Shown piece after piece: positions 33,750-44,268 of a stretch of DNA of 64,000 nucleotides. The position numbers and the translations under genes were made by a program. This DNA is from a virus. The notes under the pieces were generated by a model. That model was given only the letters and a program-made list of their open reading frames with translations. It was not told the DNA's origin and did not search any database. The DNA lies in the IMG/VR virus record IMGVR_UViG_3300013233_000195, positions 36,624 to 100,623 of that record; one strand, given 5' to 3'. The stretch's first letter is position 1. Each line of letters opens with the position of its first letter.

Positions 33750-33825
33750 TGGTGGACGGGGCGGGATTCGAACCCGCATTTCACGGCTTGCAAGGCCGGT
33801 GTGTTCCCATTACCACTACTCGCCC
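33750..33825 (-). tRNA. tRNA-Ala(TGC)
   Basis: G3.U70, CCA. Confidence 0.92.
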
Positions 33826-33829
33826 AAAA

Positions 33830-33904
33830 TGGTGACTTCCCTGGGACTTGAACCCAGCCTGCGGGGGCTTCAACCCCGTGCTCTACCAGATGAGCTAGGA
33901 AGTC
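33830..33904 (-). tRNA. tRNA-Phe(GAA)
   Basis: Cloverleaf, CCA. Confidence 0.9.
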
Positions 33905-33912
33905 AGTTTTTC

Positions 33913-33987
33913 TGGAGCCCTGCCTCGGATTCGAACCGAGATCTCCCACCTTACAAGAGTGGTATCATGCCATTAGACCAACAGGGC
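33913..33987 (-). tRNA. tRNA-Thr(TGT)
   Basis: Cloverleaf, CCA. Confidence 0.92.
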
Positions 33988-33991
33988 AAAC

Positions 33992-34067
33992 TGGAGCTAC
34001 CGGCGTGATTCGAACACGCATCTCCTGTCTTACGAGAACAGTATCTTACCCATTAGACTACGGTAGC
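33992..34067 (-). tRNA. tRNA-Thr(CGT)
   Basis: Cloverleaf, CCA. Confidence 0.9.
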
Positions 34068-34068
34068 A

Positions 34069-34143
34069 TGGAGCCGAAGAGCGGACTCGAACCGCTATCT
34101 CTTCCGTACCAAGGAAGGCTCTTGCCCTTAGAGCTACTCCGGC
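34069..34143 (-). tRNA. tRNA-Thr(GGT)
   Basis: Cloverleaf, CCA. Confidence 0.9.
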
Positions 34144-34144
34144 A

Positions 34145-34219
34145 TGGAGTCCGTGGGAGGATTCGAACCTCCGCATAGGTGGGTTGCAGCCACCCGCTTT
34201 GCCACTTAGCTACACGGAC
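34145..34219 (-). tRNA. tRNA-Cys(GCA)
   Basis: U73, CCA. Confidence 0.92.
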
Positions 34220-34555
34220 CTATGTAATCGTATAAACTGCAAACTCAATCAGAAGCTCAAAGACCTTGGCCTCCACAAACTCTGGGAGATAGGGAATGTC
34301 AATGAGACGATTCACTGCCTCCACAGCAACCTTCTTCTTATCCGCGCTAGTCCAGTTGCCCACTTCATCGGCAACTCGCTCAACCACATCGACTACTCCA
34401 AGGACAGCGGAAAAGATCACGCGCATGGAGTCAAGACTCCAACCGGACATACCGTGCAATTGAGTATTAACAGTAGACAACTCCTCAAGAATCAAGTCTA
34501 CCGCCGTATCTGGAGTAACTCCTTGGTAATCGGGAAGATCATTTGCTTTGACCAT
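34220..34555 (-). CDS. Hypothetical protein
   Basis: SD AAGGAGG; IDIPYLPEFVEAK motif. Confidence 0.7.
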   Translation of the reverse strand: MVKANDLPDYQGVTPDTAVDLILEELSTVNTQLHGMSGWSLDSMRVIFSAVLGVVDVVERVADEVGNWTSADKKKVAVEAVNRLIDIPYLPEFVEAKVFELLIEFAVYTIT

Positions 34556-34577
34556 CTAACGCCTCCTTGTTAGAAAA

Positions 34578-34668
34578 TGGTGGCAGGGGAAGGATTTGAA
34601 CCTTCGATGTTCAGCACATGGGCACCTGTTTTACAGACAGGCTCGTTCAACCGCTCCGACACCCTGCC
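34578..34668 (-). tRNA. tRNA-Tyr(GTA)
   Basis: Long variable arm, CCA. Confidence 0.92.
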
Positions 34669-34680
34669 AAGAGTGTTCCT

Positions 34681-36330
34681 CTACTCTGCGTATAGTATAC
34701 CATACAATTGCTCTTTTGTCAAGACCTTTATTTTGAATCCTGCCTCGGATTCGTAGGTTCGCTTGCGGGCCTGGGAGTGCTTCTCCAGAAGTCCTGGGTG
34801 AGAACCTCCCCCTAAGTCCATGAAATCATAGAAGATAGCGGAACTGCCCCGGAGCGTCCGCCCGATCTTTTGAAGGACTGTCTTGCCCGATTTTCCTCCT
34901 GCGGCATTGATAGCAACATCAAGTTCCGGCAGGTCAAAACCTTCGCCAAGCAATGTAGTGACCAAAACCCTTAGTTTGCCCCTTCTGAAATCCTCAATCA
35001 ATTGATTTCTTTTGGCCCTTACTTGTGTGCCATAGGCCCCCTCAGCATAAGCTGAGAAACTAGTAATCTCCTCAATTTGCTGTTTTACTCGATCTACCAA
35101 AACGAGAACCCGGTGGCCCATTTCCGCATGAGCATCTGCAATCTGCGCAATTAGCTGATTCCGGTCTGTATTCCCCTCAATGCCCAGCTTTCTACAAATC
35201 TGAAACCATTCTCCACCAGAGAGCCTTGCCCTGTGCTTCCTCTTAGCAACTCTATCAGCCTCCGCCTTAATCTTTGCAAAGGGAGAGTCGATCTCAATTA
35301 ATCGCACATCAGGAGCTGCGAGGTATCCCTCTTCAATCAGTTCACTAGCGCTTTTCTTATGAAGAACTGGCCCCGTAGCAGCTTCAAGTAGGAATGATGG
35401 TTCTTTAGTAGAGTCATCATAATCATCTCTTAGTGTCGCTGTAAGACCAATTCGATAAGGAGCAGCGATAGCACCTGCGATAAGATACCAAGTATTAGGC
35501 TGTCCATATGTTTTGATCGTTCTATTGCCAACTCGTCGCTTTCTCATACCTCTGCCAACATGGTGGCACTCATCAAGGATTAGTAGCTTGTACTTGTCGG
35601 CTACTTGTCTAATGAAGTCATCTGGAGCAGACTTATACATAAGCCACAAGGAGTCGGCAGTAGAAATAAGAATATCTCGGTCAAGCTCCTTCCAGCCCCC
35701 ACCAAATCGACCAACTTTATTATCTCCAAAGCAGTCTCGCAATACTTGCGAGGTTTGCTTTAATAGTTCCAAGTTTGGCACTAAGTACAGTGTTGGAAGA
35801 CAAAGTTCTCCAATAAGCATTGTAGCTAGAAAGGTTTTGCCTGCTCCCGTCGCATGGAGGACAATACCACAGCGTTCGCTTAGAATGGACTCTAATGCCT
35901 CCTGCTGATAAGGTCTTGGCACTAACTCTGTAGAAGGCATAAGGTCAACTCTGTATGAGTCTACATCCTCTCGACGTTCCGCTACACAAAACTTAGGCCC
36001 CGAAAGAGGCTGTCCCATCATCCCCTTACCAAGAATGTAGAGACCGGGGGGAAAGAACTGTTCTTCACCGTTCTCAGGATAACCTGCCCAAGCGGGCTTT
36101 TCAGGATCAAGGGGATCTTCTAACTCCCGAACCACTTGGGGTAGCAAGCCAATTGGAAATACATCGTCTGCGAAGAGACAATGTGTGACATAAACCTCCT
36201 GAACCTCTCCCCCCACCCTTCTATAGGTATTTGTCCCGTAAGTGCAGAGTTCTCTTATTCTCTTTTTAAAGGCTGTATCGTCTGTTTGTACTAATACCTG
36301 ATTCTCAAAGATCAGCAGGTCTCGGTGCAT
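34681..36330 (-). CDS. Superfamily 2 DNA helicase (UvsW/XPB-like)
   Basis: PRPYQ, ATGAGKT, DECHH, GLTAT, EGFDLP, QKIGRTLR. Confidence 0.92.
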   Translation of the reverse strand: MHRDLLIFENQVLVQTDDTAFKKRIRELCTYGTNTYRRVGGEVQEVYVTHCLFADDVFPIGLLPQVVRELEDPLDPEKPAWAGYPENGEEQFFPPGLYILGKGMMGQPLSGPKFCVAERREDVDSYRVDLMPSTELVPRPYQQEALESILSERCGIVLHATGAGKTFLATMLIGELCLPTLYLVPNLELLKQTSQVLRDCFGDNKVGRFGGGWKELDRDILISTADSLWLMYKSAPDDFIRQVADKYKLLILDECHHVGRGMRKRRVGNRTIKTYGQPNTWYLIAGAIAAPYRIGLTATLRDDYDDSTKEPSFLLEAATGPVLHKKSASELIEEGYLAAPDVRLIEIDSPFAKIKAEADRVAKRKHRARLSGGEWFQICRKLGIEGNTDRNQLIAQIADAHAEMGHRVLVLVDRVKQQIEEITSFSAYAEGAYGTQVRAKRNQLIEDFRRGKLRVLVTTLLGEGFDLPELDVAINAAGGKSGKTVLQKIGRTLRGSSAIFYDFMDLGGGSHPGLLEKHSQARKRTYESEAGFKIKVLTKEQLYGILYAE

Positions 36331-36369
36331 AAGTGGCTCCTTTGAATGGCGTAGCGGTCAACGGTCGGC

Positions 36370-36398
36370 ATTGTACCACGACGGCGGAGCGATGTCAA
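36370..36398 (-). promoter_or_regulatory. sigma70 promoter
   Basis: TTGACA-N17-TACAAT, TGn. Confidence 0.8.
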
Positions 36399-36418
36399 GC
36401 ACTTTTTTCCCTTCCTTG

Positions 36419-37201
36419 TTAGGGCAGCTTGACGGCTCGGAACGAGGCTTTCGACCGCAGCCGGGAGTAGTTCCGGGGGGGCACGATGTCAAGCCTCGAC
36501 ACGTCATCCTCGGGATTGCTTCTGTCGGAAGCTCCCTTGAAAATAAAGTTATCTACCCAATAAGAGCCCCCACTACCCGATGCGATTGAAGTAGGACCAA
36601 ACTCCACTTTCTTCATTCCTTCATTAGTTGTACCCTTTACGGTCCACAGGGAGAAGGCGGTTTCTCCATTGATCCACACAGCCATTCCCCCATCACCATC
36701 AATGGCATCATAGTTTGACCGCCACTGAACTTCTATTTGGTAAAAGACATTTCTCTTCAATACTGGGCGATCTGTTACTACAGATGGGTAGTTTTGCCAT
36801 GTACTACCTTTCAGACGGGAGTATACGCGAATCGTGCCATCACTATGCCCATAAAGGCGAAGGAGGGCTTTTGCCGATCCAGAAGCATTTTTCATCCTTA
36901 GAATGTTGAAGTAACCACCAGAAGCCAGGGTGAAGGTAGAGCCAAGTTTAATAGCGAAACGCATGAAGATTAGATCTGCGTCGGTACTAAACTCTGTCGT
37001 TGCATCTTCTCCAACATAGGTAGCACTCGTATCATTGATATCAAATTGCAAGGAGCGATTTGTCTTACCTCCCCACATGAACACATCCTTTGCAGTTGAG
37101 TTGTCAGAGATAGCAGTAGTACCTGGAACACTGTTAATGCCCCAATCTTGTGTGTATTCTGTATCTGTATTAGTAATTCTTGTAAAAGCTACTCTAGTCA
37201 T
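36419..37201 (-). CDS. Tail-associated LamG/lyase-like beta-sandwich protein
   Basis: YQIEVQW, VWING, YWVDNF pattern; last gene of the tail operon. Confidence 0.55.
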   Translation of the reverse strand: MTRVAFTRITNTDTEYTQDWGINSVPGTTAISDNSTAKDVFMWGGKTNRSLQFDINDTSATYVGEDATTEFSTDADLIFMRFAIKLGSTFTLASGGYFNILRMKNASGSAKALLRLYGHSDGTIRVYSRLKGSTWQNYPSVVTDRPVLKRNVFYQIEVQWRSNYDAIDGDGGMAVWINGETAFSLWTVKGTTNEGMKKVEFGPTSIASGSGGSYWVDNFIFKGASDRSNPEDDVSRLDIVPPRNYSRLRSKASFRAVKLP

Positions 37202-40200
37202 TAGATCCCCTCAATTGTTCTGAGAGTGAAGGTTGATGTGCCTCTAGAGAGATTATGAACAATCTTCTTTGGGTAGCCGGTTACTGCGTTGTTTTCAAAG
37301 CCTGAGAACATCACAGGATCTACAATCTTGAGCTGTGTAGCCGCCCCATTCTCATCAAGAATGCCCAACCAAGGAAGAAGGGGAGTTGTAACCTTTAGCT
37401 CTAAGTGTGGCTCATAGAGAGCATCTGCAATGTCTGTGGCTAAGTCCTTTGCCTGTGTATAATAAATGAACTTATTATTGACCTTTAGCTCCTTTTCACC
37501 ATACCTACTAATACTAGTAGAACGGATAACGGACACTCTATTGAAGTCTTGCTGGTTTAGTTCCACACCTGGGAAGGTTAGACTAACTCTATCTCCCTCT
37601 TTCCATAGAAGTTTTGCATCCTGAATAACTCCGTTTTCATCTCTTGGACCGGGGAACTTAATATAGGCTCCACTCTCCCCAAGAGGGTAGAAGGCATCAT
37701 AGGCCCCCAGATGAATGAAGGGCTCAATTGATATTGGTCCCTCACTAAGTGAGACATTATCAAGGAGTGCCACTGGTCCCAAGTGGCTTTCACGGAGAAC
37801 TGCAATGCGGATTTCAACTCGCACATTTCGAGTAGTTCCCGAAGCCTGTGTTGTAAATTGCCCCTGAAGGCGAGTCCAACGCCCCTGAATAGAATGAGAA
37901 GTGAGAGCATAAGAAGCCCCATTATCAATATCATAAATAGCTATAGAGAGGACACCACCGGGGTCATTCGGAGGAGTGTTTGTAGTTCCTGGTTGAGTAA
38001 CTATTTTACTCCAGAAACTCCAAGAGTGTAATGTGTTAGAAGCAACAACAACATCTTGACGAACATATCCAAAAGATAAACCACTGGTGTAAAATGCCTG
38101 CATTTGTAGACTATTTCGACCATTAATAAAATCTTCCGTATTTGCAGTTAGGAGAACACTACTATGGTCCGTCCATCCCACAAACTCAAAGTTAGTTGAA
38201 TCTCTTCCTTGAGAATACTCCATTACTGGATTCTCAATAAAGTTTCCAACTTCCCCACTCCAGCCAGATGACCCCTCAACAACCTCAATGAGATCTCCCT
38301 GTGCAAAGGTGTCCGTAAATGCAGAAGAAATCTCCACCTGATTTAGTGTGATTTGCGCGTCTGTGGGTGTTGTTTTAACAGTAGCAGTAGCAGTAACCTC
38401 GCTATCTCCAACAGTTTTGTGGGCTTTAAGAGCATCTCCCCTAGCTATAGACTCTACTCCTGAAGAAAGTGTTACTGTTGTTCCTCCGGTATAAGCACTT
38501 CCAAAACTTGTAGACCAGCTCACATCATGCTGTAAAAATTCAAAGAGTGGCGAGTCAAGAGATTGCTCCCTTGAAGATGAAACATATCCCCCCTGACTAC
38601 ACTTCAGTTCTATTGCCATTTTTCTTCGGTTATCCTGAGTTAATTCCACCTCAACCTGATCAAGACTGCCTTCTTCGTCAGATCTAGGCTTTGCTAGAAC
38701 TTCTCCTGAGGGCTCGCCTAATAGTGTACCATAGGGTGTAACAGTAATTTTGTTCTTAATCTCCGTATAACCAAAAGTTTCTGTGAGGTCTACTAACAAA
38801 TCTGTTGTATTGACTCCATTACTATAAGAGCCTATTGTGTAGGTTGGTGAAGCAGTCTCAGGTCGTGGGACTACAAAGAAGTCTCCGTTGGCATCGAAAC
38901 CTCCTACATGATTTGTAGGAGCCACCAACTGGCTAATTGCTTGCCATTTGTTCATTCCAGAGAACTCTGCAAGAGGCACGCGATCAGCCAAGTAAGAGTC
39001 GTACTTGAATAGCCTCCAATTTCCCATTGTGAAGTTCTGCTCATCCTCTTGGTGAGTAGCATACCTGTTTGGTGTAGGACTCGTAATACCCCACAAGATG
39101 GTAGATCCTGCCCGAGTGTCTTCATCAAGAGCTAGTGTTGGCGTTGCAAGATATAGGTCTGTAAAATCTGCGATAGTACCATCACTAAGAATCTGTGGCG
39201 CTGGATAAGGAGGAAGGCCGTTCGCAGGCCAAGTCCACTTATAGAGTTTACCAGAACCACCCTCCATAAAGTAAACATCTCTAGCAGAGCTATAGTCATC
39301 AGTACCCGTATAAGCACTTGTGATTCCATAGAAGGGAAATGGCCCACGAATAATCGTATAAGAAGAGCCCATCCAGTCAGGCCCAACCTGGACCTCTAAA
39401 CCAAAAGGATTTCCAGTATTAAGTTCTTGTCTAAAGAAGGTAGAAGTTAGAAAGCGTAAGCCCGACATACCTGTTACATAGTAGGGGGCTCCAGCCTCAA
39501 GAAATGATTGTCCTGAGTTTGCGTTCCAGCGAGCACCACTTAAATAACCCAGAGAGTAGGAGTAATAAGCACCATATTGTACACTTTCTACAGGCGGAGA
39601 AACAAGATTTGCGTCTTGATCTAATCTGACAACTCCATATAGGAAGATATAGTCGGTTCCTAGAATCTGAGTAGCAACCATAGCCATTGGGTCTGGTTCA
39701 GCAGCATGAGAAGCTGCGCCCATATAGCTTGGAAGATCACCAATTTTCACGGAGGAGCCGGAGCCCGCAGCGGTCGCTGGCACATCCCAGCGGTATAGTT
39801 CATATTTTTTCCCATAAGGAGTTGAAGTATCATCAACAAAACGAGTATAAAGAATGTAACCTTTCCCATTTGTTCCCTGGGAGGGATAGAAAGCAACCGC
39901 ACCTCTTTGCCCCTCAGAAAAGCGAAGACCCATTTCTGGAGCAGTCATTGAGTTCCCATAGTTTCTTGTAGAAAATCCCTCAAAGTATCCCTTAGGAGCA
40001 TACGTGGGCAAAACCTGCCATAGAGGATCTTGAGCAGGAACAGTATCATCTCCAGTTGTACTAACCATGTCTCCCTGATTCCAGTCCTGCAAACTCCGTA
40101 GCTGAATTTCTGGATTCATGTCTAGGGATGAGTTATCCTTTGCATACTCGTAGTCTAACCACTGTCTATAGGGCAGAGCTAAGTTCTCCCCCGAACGATA

Positions 40201-41346
40201 TATCCATGAGAGCCCAGTCTCCGACCAATGGTTCCCCCAAATAAATGCACCACCGGACAGATTAGTTGTTGTGCCACAATCTCGATAAGAGAATAGTCCT
40301 GGAAAGTAGTTTCCTAAACTCCCATTGGAGGAAAGTGTGGTTCCATCATAAGTATAAACATAGGCAAGAACATTCCTATCCGGCTGAGTAAAATTCTTAC
40401 CTACGGGAGCATCAGTAACGAGTAAGTGCAGCCAGCCAGTCGCCTGATTTAGCCACATTCTCGTGATGTGATAGTTAGCATGAGTTGTTCCTACCTTGGT
40501 ATACTTGTCCAACGAAGGCTGATAGTACCACAACTCCTCACCACAGCCAATCCATAGAGCAGTTGTAGAGCCCACAGTTCCCCACACACAGGCTTCGGGG
40601 ATCTTTCTAAGCTGATTCCACTTAGTTCCATCCCACTCAGGAGGAGTTCCCAGAGAGGAGATTCGGAAAGAGCCATCCGCAGTGGGTGTTTCTAGAGCAA
40701 CTGGTATGTTGTATGTTGTTGGTAAAACTCCCGAAGAGTCTCCAAAGTCTGTTGCGAGGAGCTTCTTAATAAGAGCACTCCTTGAGACCATTTCCCACCA
40801 GTCTCTACCATCCTTGACGCTCTCTGCCTGCCCCTCCTGGAGCTTCCAAGCTAGTGACTTTAACTTGAACGTCACCTTTTGATTCTTTCTTTGGAAGGAA
40901 ACGTCCTTAATGACTACCGTAGCCATTGGCAGGTGCTCTGGAGATCCTCCTTGCGTTGGATACACCTTGAGCACTATACGGAGCTTTCTATTTGCCCAGT
41001 TAATCATTGTTCCAGTGATAGTAGTTCCAAAGACTGGAGTAGAGTTATCTACAGTCTTTAATCCAGAAGGCAAGGGAAGGGTAGTGAAGAACCCCGAGCT
41101 ATTGTTAAAGGTTAACGAAGAAGTGGAGCTGAGGAAGGTTCCGCTTGTTCCTCCTCTACCAACGGTCTTTTCAACTGCATGTGTGACGGAACCAATTCTT
41201 TGTGCAAGATCCCTTCCCTTGTTTTCTAGATAGTCTGTAAGATCTACCCAGGCTCCATTATCGTCCTCAATCCACACCATGGGAACATAGGAAGCCTTAC
41301 GACTTTCAAAGTCTGCTTTTAGCTGGTCAGATGCTGTAACTGACAT
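37201..41346 (-). CDS. Large tail tip/baseplate hub protein with carbohydrate-binding-like insert
   Basis: 1381 aa downstream of the TMP; SISRYGEK hub-like motif; W/F-rich CBM-like segment. Confidence 0.7.
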   Translation of the reverse strand: MSVTASDQLKADFESRKASYVPMVWIEDDNGAWVDLTDYLENKGRDLAQRIGSVTHAVEKTVGRGGTSGTFLSSTSSLTFNNSSGFFTTLPLPSGLKTVDNSTPVFGTTITGTMINWANRKLRIVLKVYPTQGGSPEHLPMATVVIKDVSFQRKNQKVTFKLKSLAWKLQEGQAESVKDGRDWWEMVSRSALIKKLLATDFGDSSGVLPTTYNIPVALETPTADGSFRISSLGTPPEWDGTKWNQLRKIPEACVWGTVGSTTALWIGCGEELWYYQPSLDKYTKVGTTHANYHITRMWLNQATGWLHLLVTDAPVGKNFTQPDRNVLAYVYTYDGTTLSSNGSLGNYFPGLFSYRDCGTTTNLSGGAFIWGNHWSETGLSWIYRSGENLALPYRQWLDYEYAKDNSSLDMNPEIQLRSLQDWNQGDMVSTTGDDTVPAQDPLWQVLPTYAPKGYFEGFSTRNYGNSMTAPEMGLRFSEGQRGAVAFYPSQGTNGKGYILYTRFVDDTSTPYGKKYELYRWDVPATAAGSGSSVKIGDLPSYMGAASHAAEPDPMAMVATQILGTDYIFLYGVVRLDQDANLVSPPVESVQYGAYYSYSLGYLSGARWNANSGQSFLEAGAPYYVTGMSGLRFLTSTFFRQELNTGNPFGLEVQVGPDWMGSSYTIIRGPFPFYGITSAYTGTDDYSSARDVYFMEGGSGKLYKWTWPANGLPPYPAPQILSDGTIADFTDLYLATPTLALDEDTRAGSTILWGITSPTPNRYATHQEDEQNFTMGNWRLFKYDSYLADRVPLAEFSGMNKWQAISQLVAPTNHVGGFDANGDFFVVPRPETASPTYTIGSYSNGVNTTDLLVDLTETFGYTEIKNKITVTPYGTLLGEPSGEVLAKPRSDEEGSLDQVEVELTQDNRRKMAIELKCSQGGYVSSSREQSLDSPLFEFLQHDVSWSTSFGSAYTGGTTVTLSSGVESIARGDALKAHKTVGDSEVTATATVKTTPTDAQITLNQVEISSAFTDTFAQGDLIEVVEGSSGWSGEVGNFIENPVMEYSQGRDSTNFEFVGWTDHSSVLLTANTEDFINGRNSLQMQAFYTSGLSFGYVRQDVVVASNTLHSWSFWSKIVTQPGTTNTPPNDPGGVLSIAIYDIDNGASYALTSHSIQGRWTRLQGQFTTQASGTTRNVRVEIRIAVLRESHLGPVALLDNVSLSEGPISIEPFIHLGAYDAFYPLGESGAYIKFPGPRDENGVIQDAKLLWKEGDRVSLTFPGVELNQQDFNRVSVIRSTSISRYGEKELKVNNKFIYYTQAKDLATDIADALYEPHLELKVTTPLLPWLGILDENGAATQLKIVDPVMFSGFENNAVTGYPKKIVHNLSRGTSTFTLRTIEGI

Positions 41347-41358
41347 AATTCATCTCCC

Positions 41359-42837
41359 CTATGGGATTGCCGAGATAAAGGTAAGTGTTACGTTTGTCTT
41401 ATCTAAGTCTGCTGCAAGGTTCTTTGATCTGCTTCCAATGATAAGGTTTCCAATGAGCACAGGAGGAACTCCGACAAGATAAGGATGAAGAGTTAGCATG
41501 TGCCCTCTTCGTTGCCAATCAAGGAGTCTCTCTAGTGCTCGATACATGCTGTTTGGGATGTATGCAAAGGTAGCAGAGAGCTGAACAAAGTTTTGTCTTC
41601 CAGGATCTCCAAGAGAGGAGAATGCTCTTAGCGTTCGATCCCCTAGAGCCAGGATTTTGTTATTGTCTATATAGGTGAACTGAATAGAGTTGACCTGTGG
41701 ATACTCAGGAAACTCGTAGTAACCTTTATACTTCACAAGAGGACTTCCTACAGGGTAGTCGTGACTGCCCAACCCACCATTGGTATTCCCAAATGTGATC
41801 TCTCCAGTTGTGTTATTTATCGCTGTTATTGTCCTTCGCTCGCCCCAATTAGAGGAACCTACCGGAGACCCACTTATCATAGACAAGTACACATCGTCGT
41901 TTACAGCGAACTCCTGTGGATCAAAGACTGTAAATACCGAGAAGGAGCCTGATGTTGGCTTTGCAACAGCAGTATAGGCTTCTACACCAGTAGCATGTTC
42001 AGCCCATACTTGTCCGAGAAGAAGCTGCCCACTCAGACTTCCTCCTGCTGTCGCTAAAATCAGTTGATGGGGAGTTAAGGAGGGGATATAGTCCCCACTA
42101 GACTCCATAACAGATGTAGTCGTGGCCCGTGTCCAAGGAGTAACAGTAGCTCCATCTGTGTCATAATCATGAAGAGACGGAGCTGATCCTGTCCCATAGT
42201 TTGAAGCAGAATCCAGAACATGGTTTCGTCCAGTTACCCCTCCCGATGGATAAAGAGTCCAACCATCTCCAGATAGTGGAGAAGAGTTGTACCAACCCCA
42301 GTAAACACCACAGCGGTAGATTCTATGAATTCTAAGAGACTCGTCTCTACAGCGAACAGACACATTTCCTGATGAAGCGGACAAAGTATATGCTTGAAAA
42401 TATGGTGAAAATGGACCTCCCATAGACGCTTTTGCATGATAGCTGTCTTCTGGGGTGATACCTTTTGGTATTAGAGTGCTCAGTGAAGAGGTTGCATAAC
42501 CAGCGGCTTGATTAGAACCGTAGCAATACACTACATCTCCACTAGCAAAAGCAGAGCCGAGAGTAGCATCAAGAGTTACCAAGTCTGTAGAGGTGTCTAC
42601 AGAGACTACATATCGAACAATGTTAGTGCCTGCTGCGGAGGAGTCTGTGCTGGGACCAATATGAACAGCGTCACCAATACGCAAGTTCTCTGTGCTGCTG
42701 CCCGACAGATCTATAATGTTTGTTGCTGCTGTATGTGCTCCACTTAAGGTTGTAGCAATCCGCCATCCCTCTTGTGGGATACTGTTTGCCATATTTATGG
42801 CAACTCCCATTTCCCACAGTTTGTATGAAGTGGACAT
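41359..42837 (-). CDS. Distal tail (Dit-like) protein, paralogue 2
   Basis: Shares EHAxGV, GYYEFxEYP and WQxRGxxLTxHP with 42840..44255. Confidence 0.6.
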   Translation of the reverse strand: MSTSYKLWEMGVAINMANSIPQEGWRIATTLSGAHTAATNIIDLSGSSTENLRIGDAVHIGPSTDSSAAGTNIVRYVVSVDTSTDLVTLDATLGSAFASGDVVYCYGSNQAAGYATSSLSTLIPKGITPEDSYHAKASMGGPFSPYFQAYTLSASSGNVSVRCRDESLRIHRIYRCGVYWGWYNSSPLSGDGWTLYPSGGVTGRNHVLDSASNYGTGSAPSLHDYDTDGATVTPWTRATTTSVMESSGDYIPSLTPHQLILATAGGSLSGQLLLGQVWAEHATGVEAYTAVAKPTSGSFSVFTVFDPQEFAVNDDVYLSMISGSPVGSSNWGERRTITAINNTTGEITFGNTNGGLGSHDYPVGSPLVKYKGYYEFPEYPQVNSIQFTYIDNNKILALGDRTLRAFSSLGDPGRQNFVQLSATFAYIPNSMYRALERLLDWQRRGHMLTLHPYLVGVPPVLIGNLIIGSRSKNLAADLDKTNVTLTFISAIP

Positions 42838-42839
42838 GT

Positions 42840-44255
42840 CTACACCATCTCTCTAAAGGAGAAATTGAAACTTGTTTTTCCAGTATGCCAAGATGGCCCC
42901 TTTTTAATACCTGAGAGAAACATCTTCCCAACCATAACTTGTGGATACTCCGCGACAAAGGGATGGAAGGTTAGGAGATTGCCTCGATCTTGCCAAGCCT
43001 TTAGATCTAAGAGCCTCAAATACATGTCTTCAGGGACATCTTGGAAATAGCATGAGAATGTTCCCTTTTTAGTCCTCTCCAACTCATCATAGTTGCCCAG
43101 CAAACGTCGTGTTCCACTTCCAAGAACTATCTGCTTTGGGTCAGTCAACTGGTATGATAATGAGCCCATCATAGGGTATTCGGTAAACTCATAGTAACCA
43201 CCATTGATAGCAAAAACTGGAGCGTTTACCAAATAAGTGTTAGTTGGAGCAGAAGTAAGAACAATTGTATTGCTGTCAGGTATACTACTAATTGTAAGCC
43301 TTTCCGCTGCCTTGTTCTTATCACTAAATAGCCAAACTTCGTCTGCTGCTGAAAAGTTTGAGGAGTCCCACACATCAAGAGTCATGCCCGTTGTGAGGGG
43401 AGTTCTTAGTCCCGTCTTCTCTTTTGTCACTCCCAGCGCGTGTTCAAAGATTACTGCACCAAGATGTGCATAGTAGTCTGCTGTATCCCCAGTATCATAT
43501 ACACGAACATTCACATAGGCCCACGAAGAATCAGTTATCTCGGCAAGAAAGTCTTGTGGACGTGCTGCCATAGCTTCAACACGATTGAATAAGTCTCCTA
43601 GCAGCCTACCGGACCCAGATGTTGAAGACAGAGAAAACATGTCTCTGCCTGCACCTAAGTTTCCTAGCTGACAAACTATGACGGAGCCAGCATTACCAAC
43701 AGTATTTACATACCCATTAATCAACATTGTAGCTCGGTATTGAGCATAGTATATATCATTCAAGTCTATGTGATGCTTGATGCCTGCAAGGGTTTTATAG
43801 AATCGGAAAAGGGCTCCACCAGATTGCCTTCCTCTCACTCCACCAGCCCACAGGGAGGTTGCTGGGTCCATTCCAAGAAACTCTGTCTCTTGTGTGGAGT
43901 CATATTCAATCCAACCAGCGGGACGATAGGAACCCACCAGAGTTACAGTATCGCCGGAATTATAGGAATATGACAACACAGAGTCAAGAGTTACTGAAGT
44001 TCCCGATACTGCAGAGACCTTCCTAGTTTCTTGCTTCCCTGTATAGGCGGAACTAGTATTAGAGCTAGCTCCAATAACCACCTTATCTTGGATTCCACCA
44101 TATTTTGAGAAATCTGTTTCATTGATAGTGATGATGTCCGTTCCAGCAGTTATGTTAGCACTAAGAGTGAAAGTGCTAACTTCCTTCTTAGCGAAGTTCC
44201 AGTTCTCTAGAGGAAGCCACACTCCCATTTGAAAGTATCCATTTGCTGCGGACAT
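42840..44255 (-). CDS. Distal tail (Dit-like) protein, paralogue 1
   Basis: Immediately after the TMP; shared motifs. Confidence 0.6.
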   Translation of the reverse strand: MSAANGYFQMGVWLPLENWNFAKKEVSTFTLSANITAGTDIITINETDFSKYGGIQDKVVIGASSNTSSAYTGKQETRKVSAVSGTSVTLDSVLSYSYNSGDTVTLVGSYRPAGWIEYDSTQETEFLGMDPATSLWAGGVRGRQSGGALFRFYKTLAGIKHHIDLNDIYYAQYRATMLINGYVNTVGNAGSVIVCQLGNLGAGRDMFSLSSTSGSGRLLGDLFNRVEAMAARPQDFLAEITDSSWAYVNVRVYDTGDTADYYAHLGAVIFEHALGVTKEKTGLRTPLTTGMTLDVWDSSNFSAADEVWLFSDKNKAAERLTISSIPDSNTIVLTSAPTNTYLVNAPVFAINGGYYEFTEYPMMGSLSYQLTDPKQIVLGSGTRRLLGNYDELERTKKGTFSCYFQDVPEDMYLRLLDLKAWQDRGNLLTFHPFVAEYPQVMVGKMFLSGIKKGPSWHTGKTSFNFSFREMV

Positions 44256-44268
44256 ACTCTAGCCCCCT

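Noticed and set aside
26531-34573. Many ORF-track entries overlapping tRNAs (e.g. 26938..27231, 29798..30280, 30537..30764, 33700..34008)
   Set aside because: Shadow ORFs across structured RNA genes, without RBS
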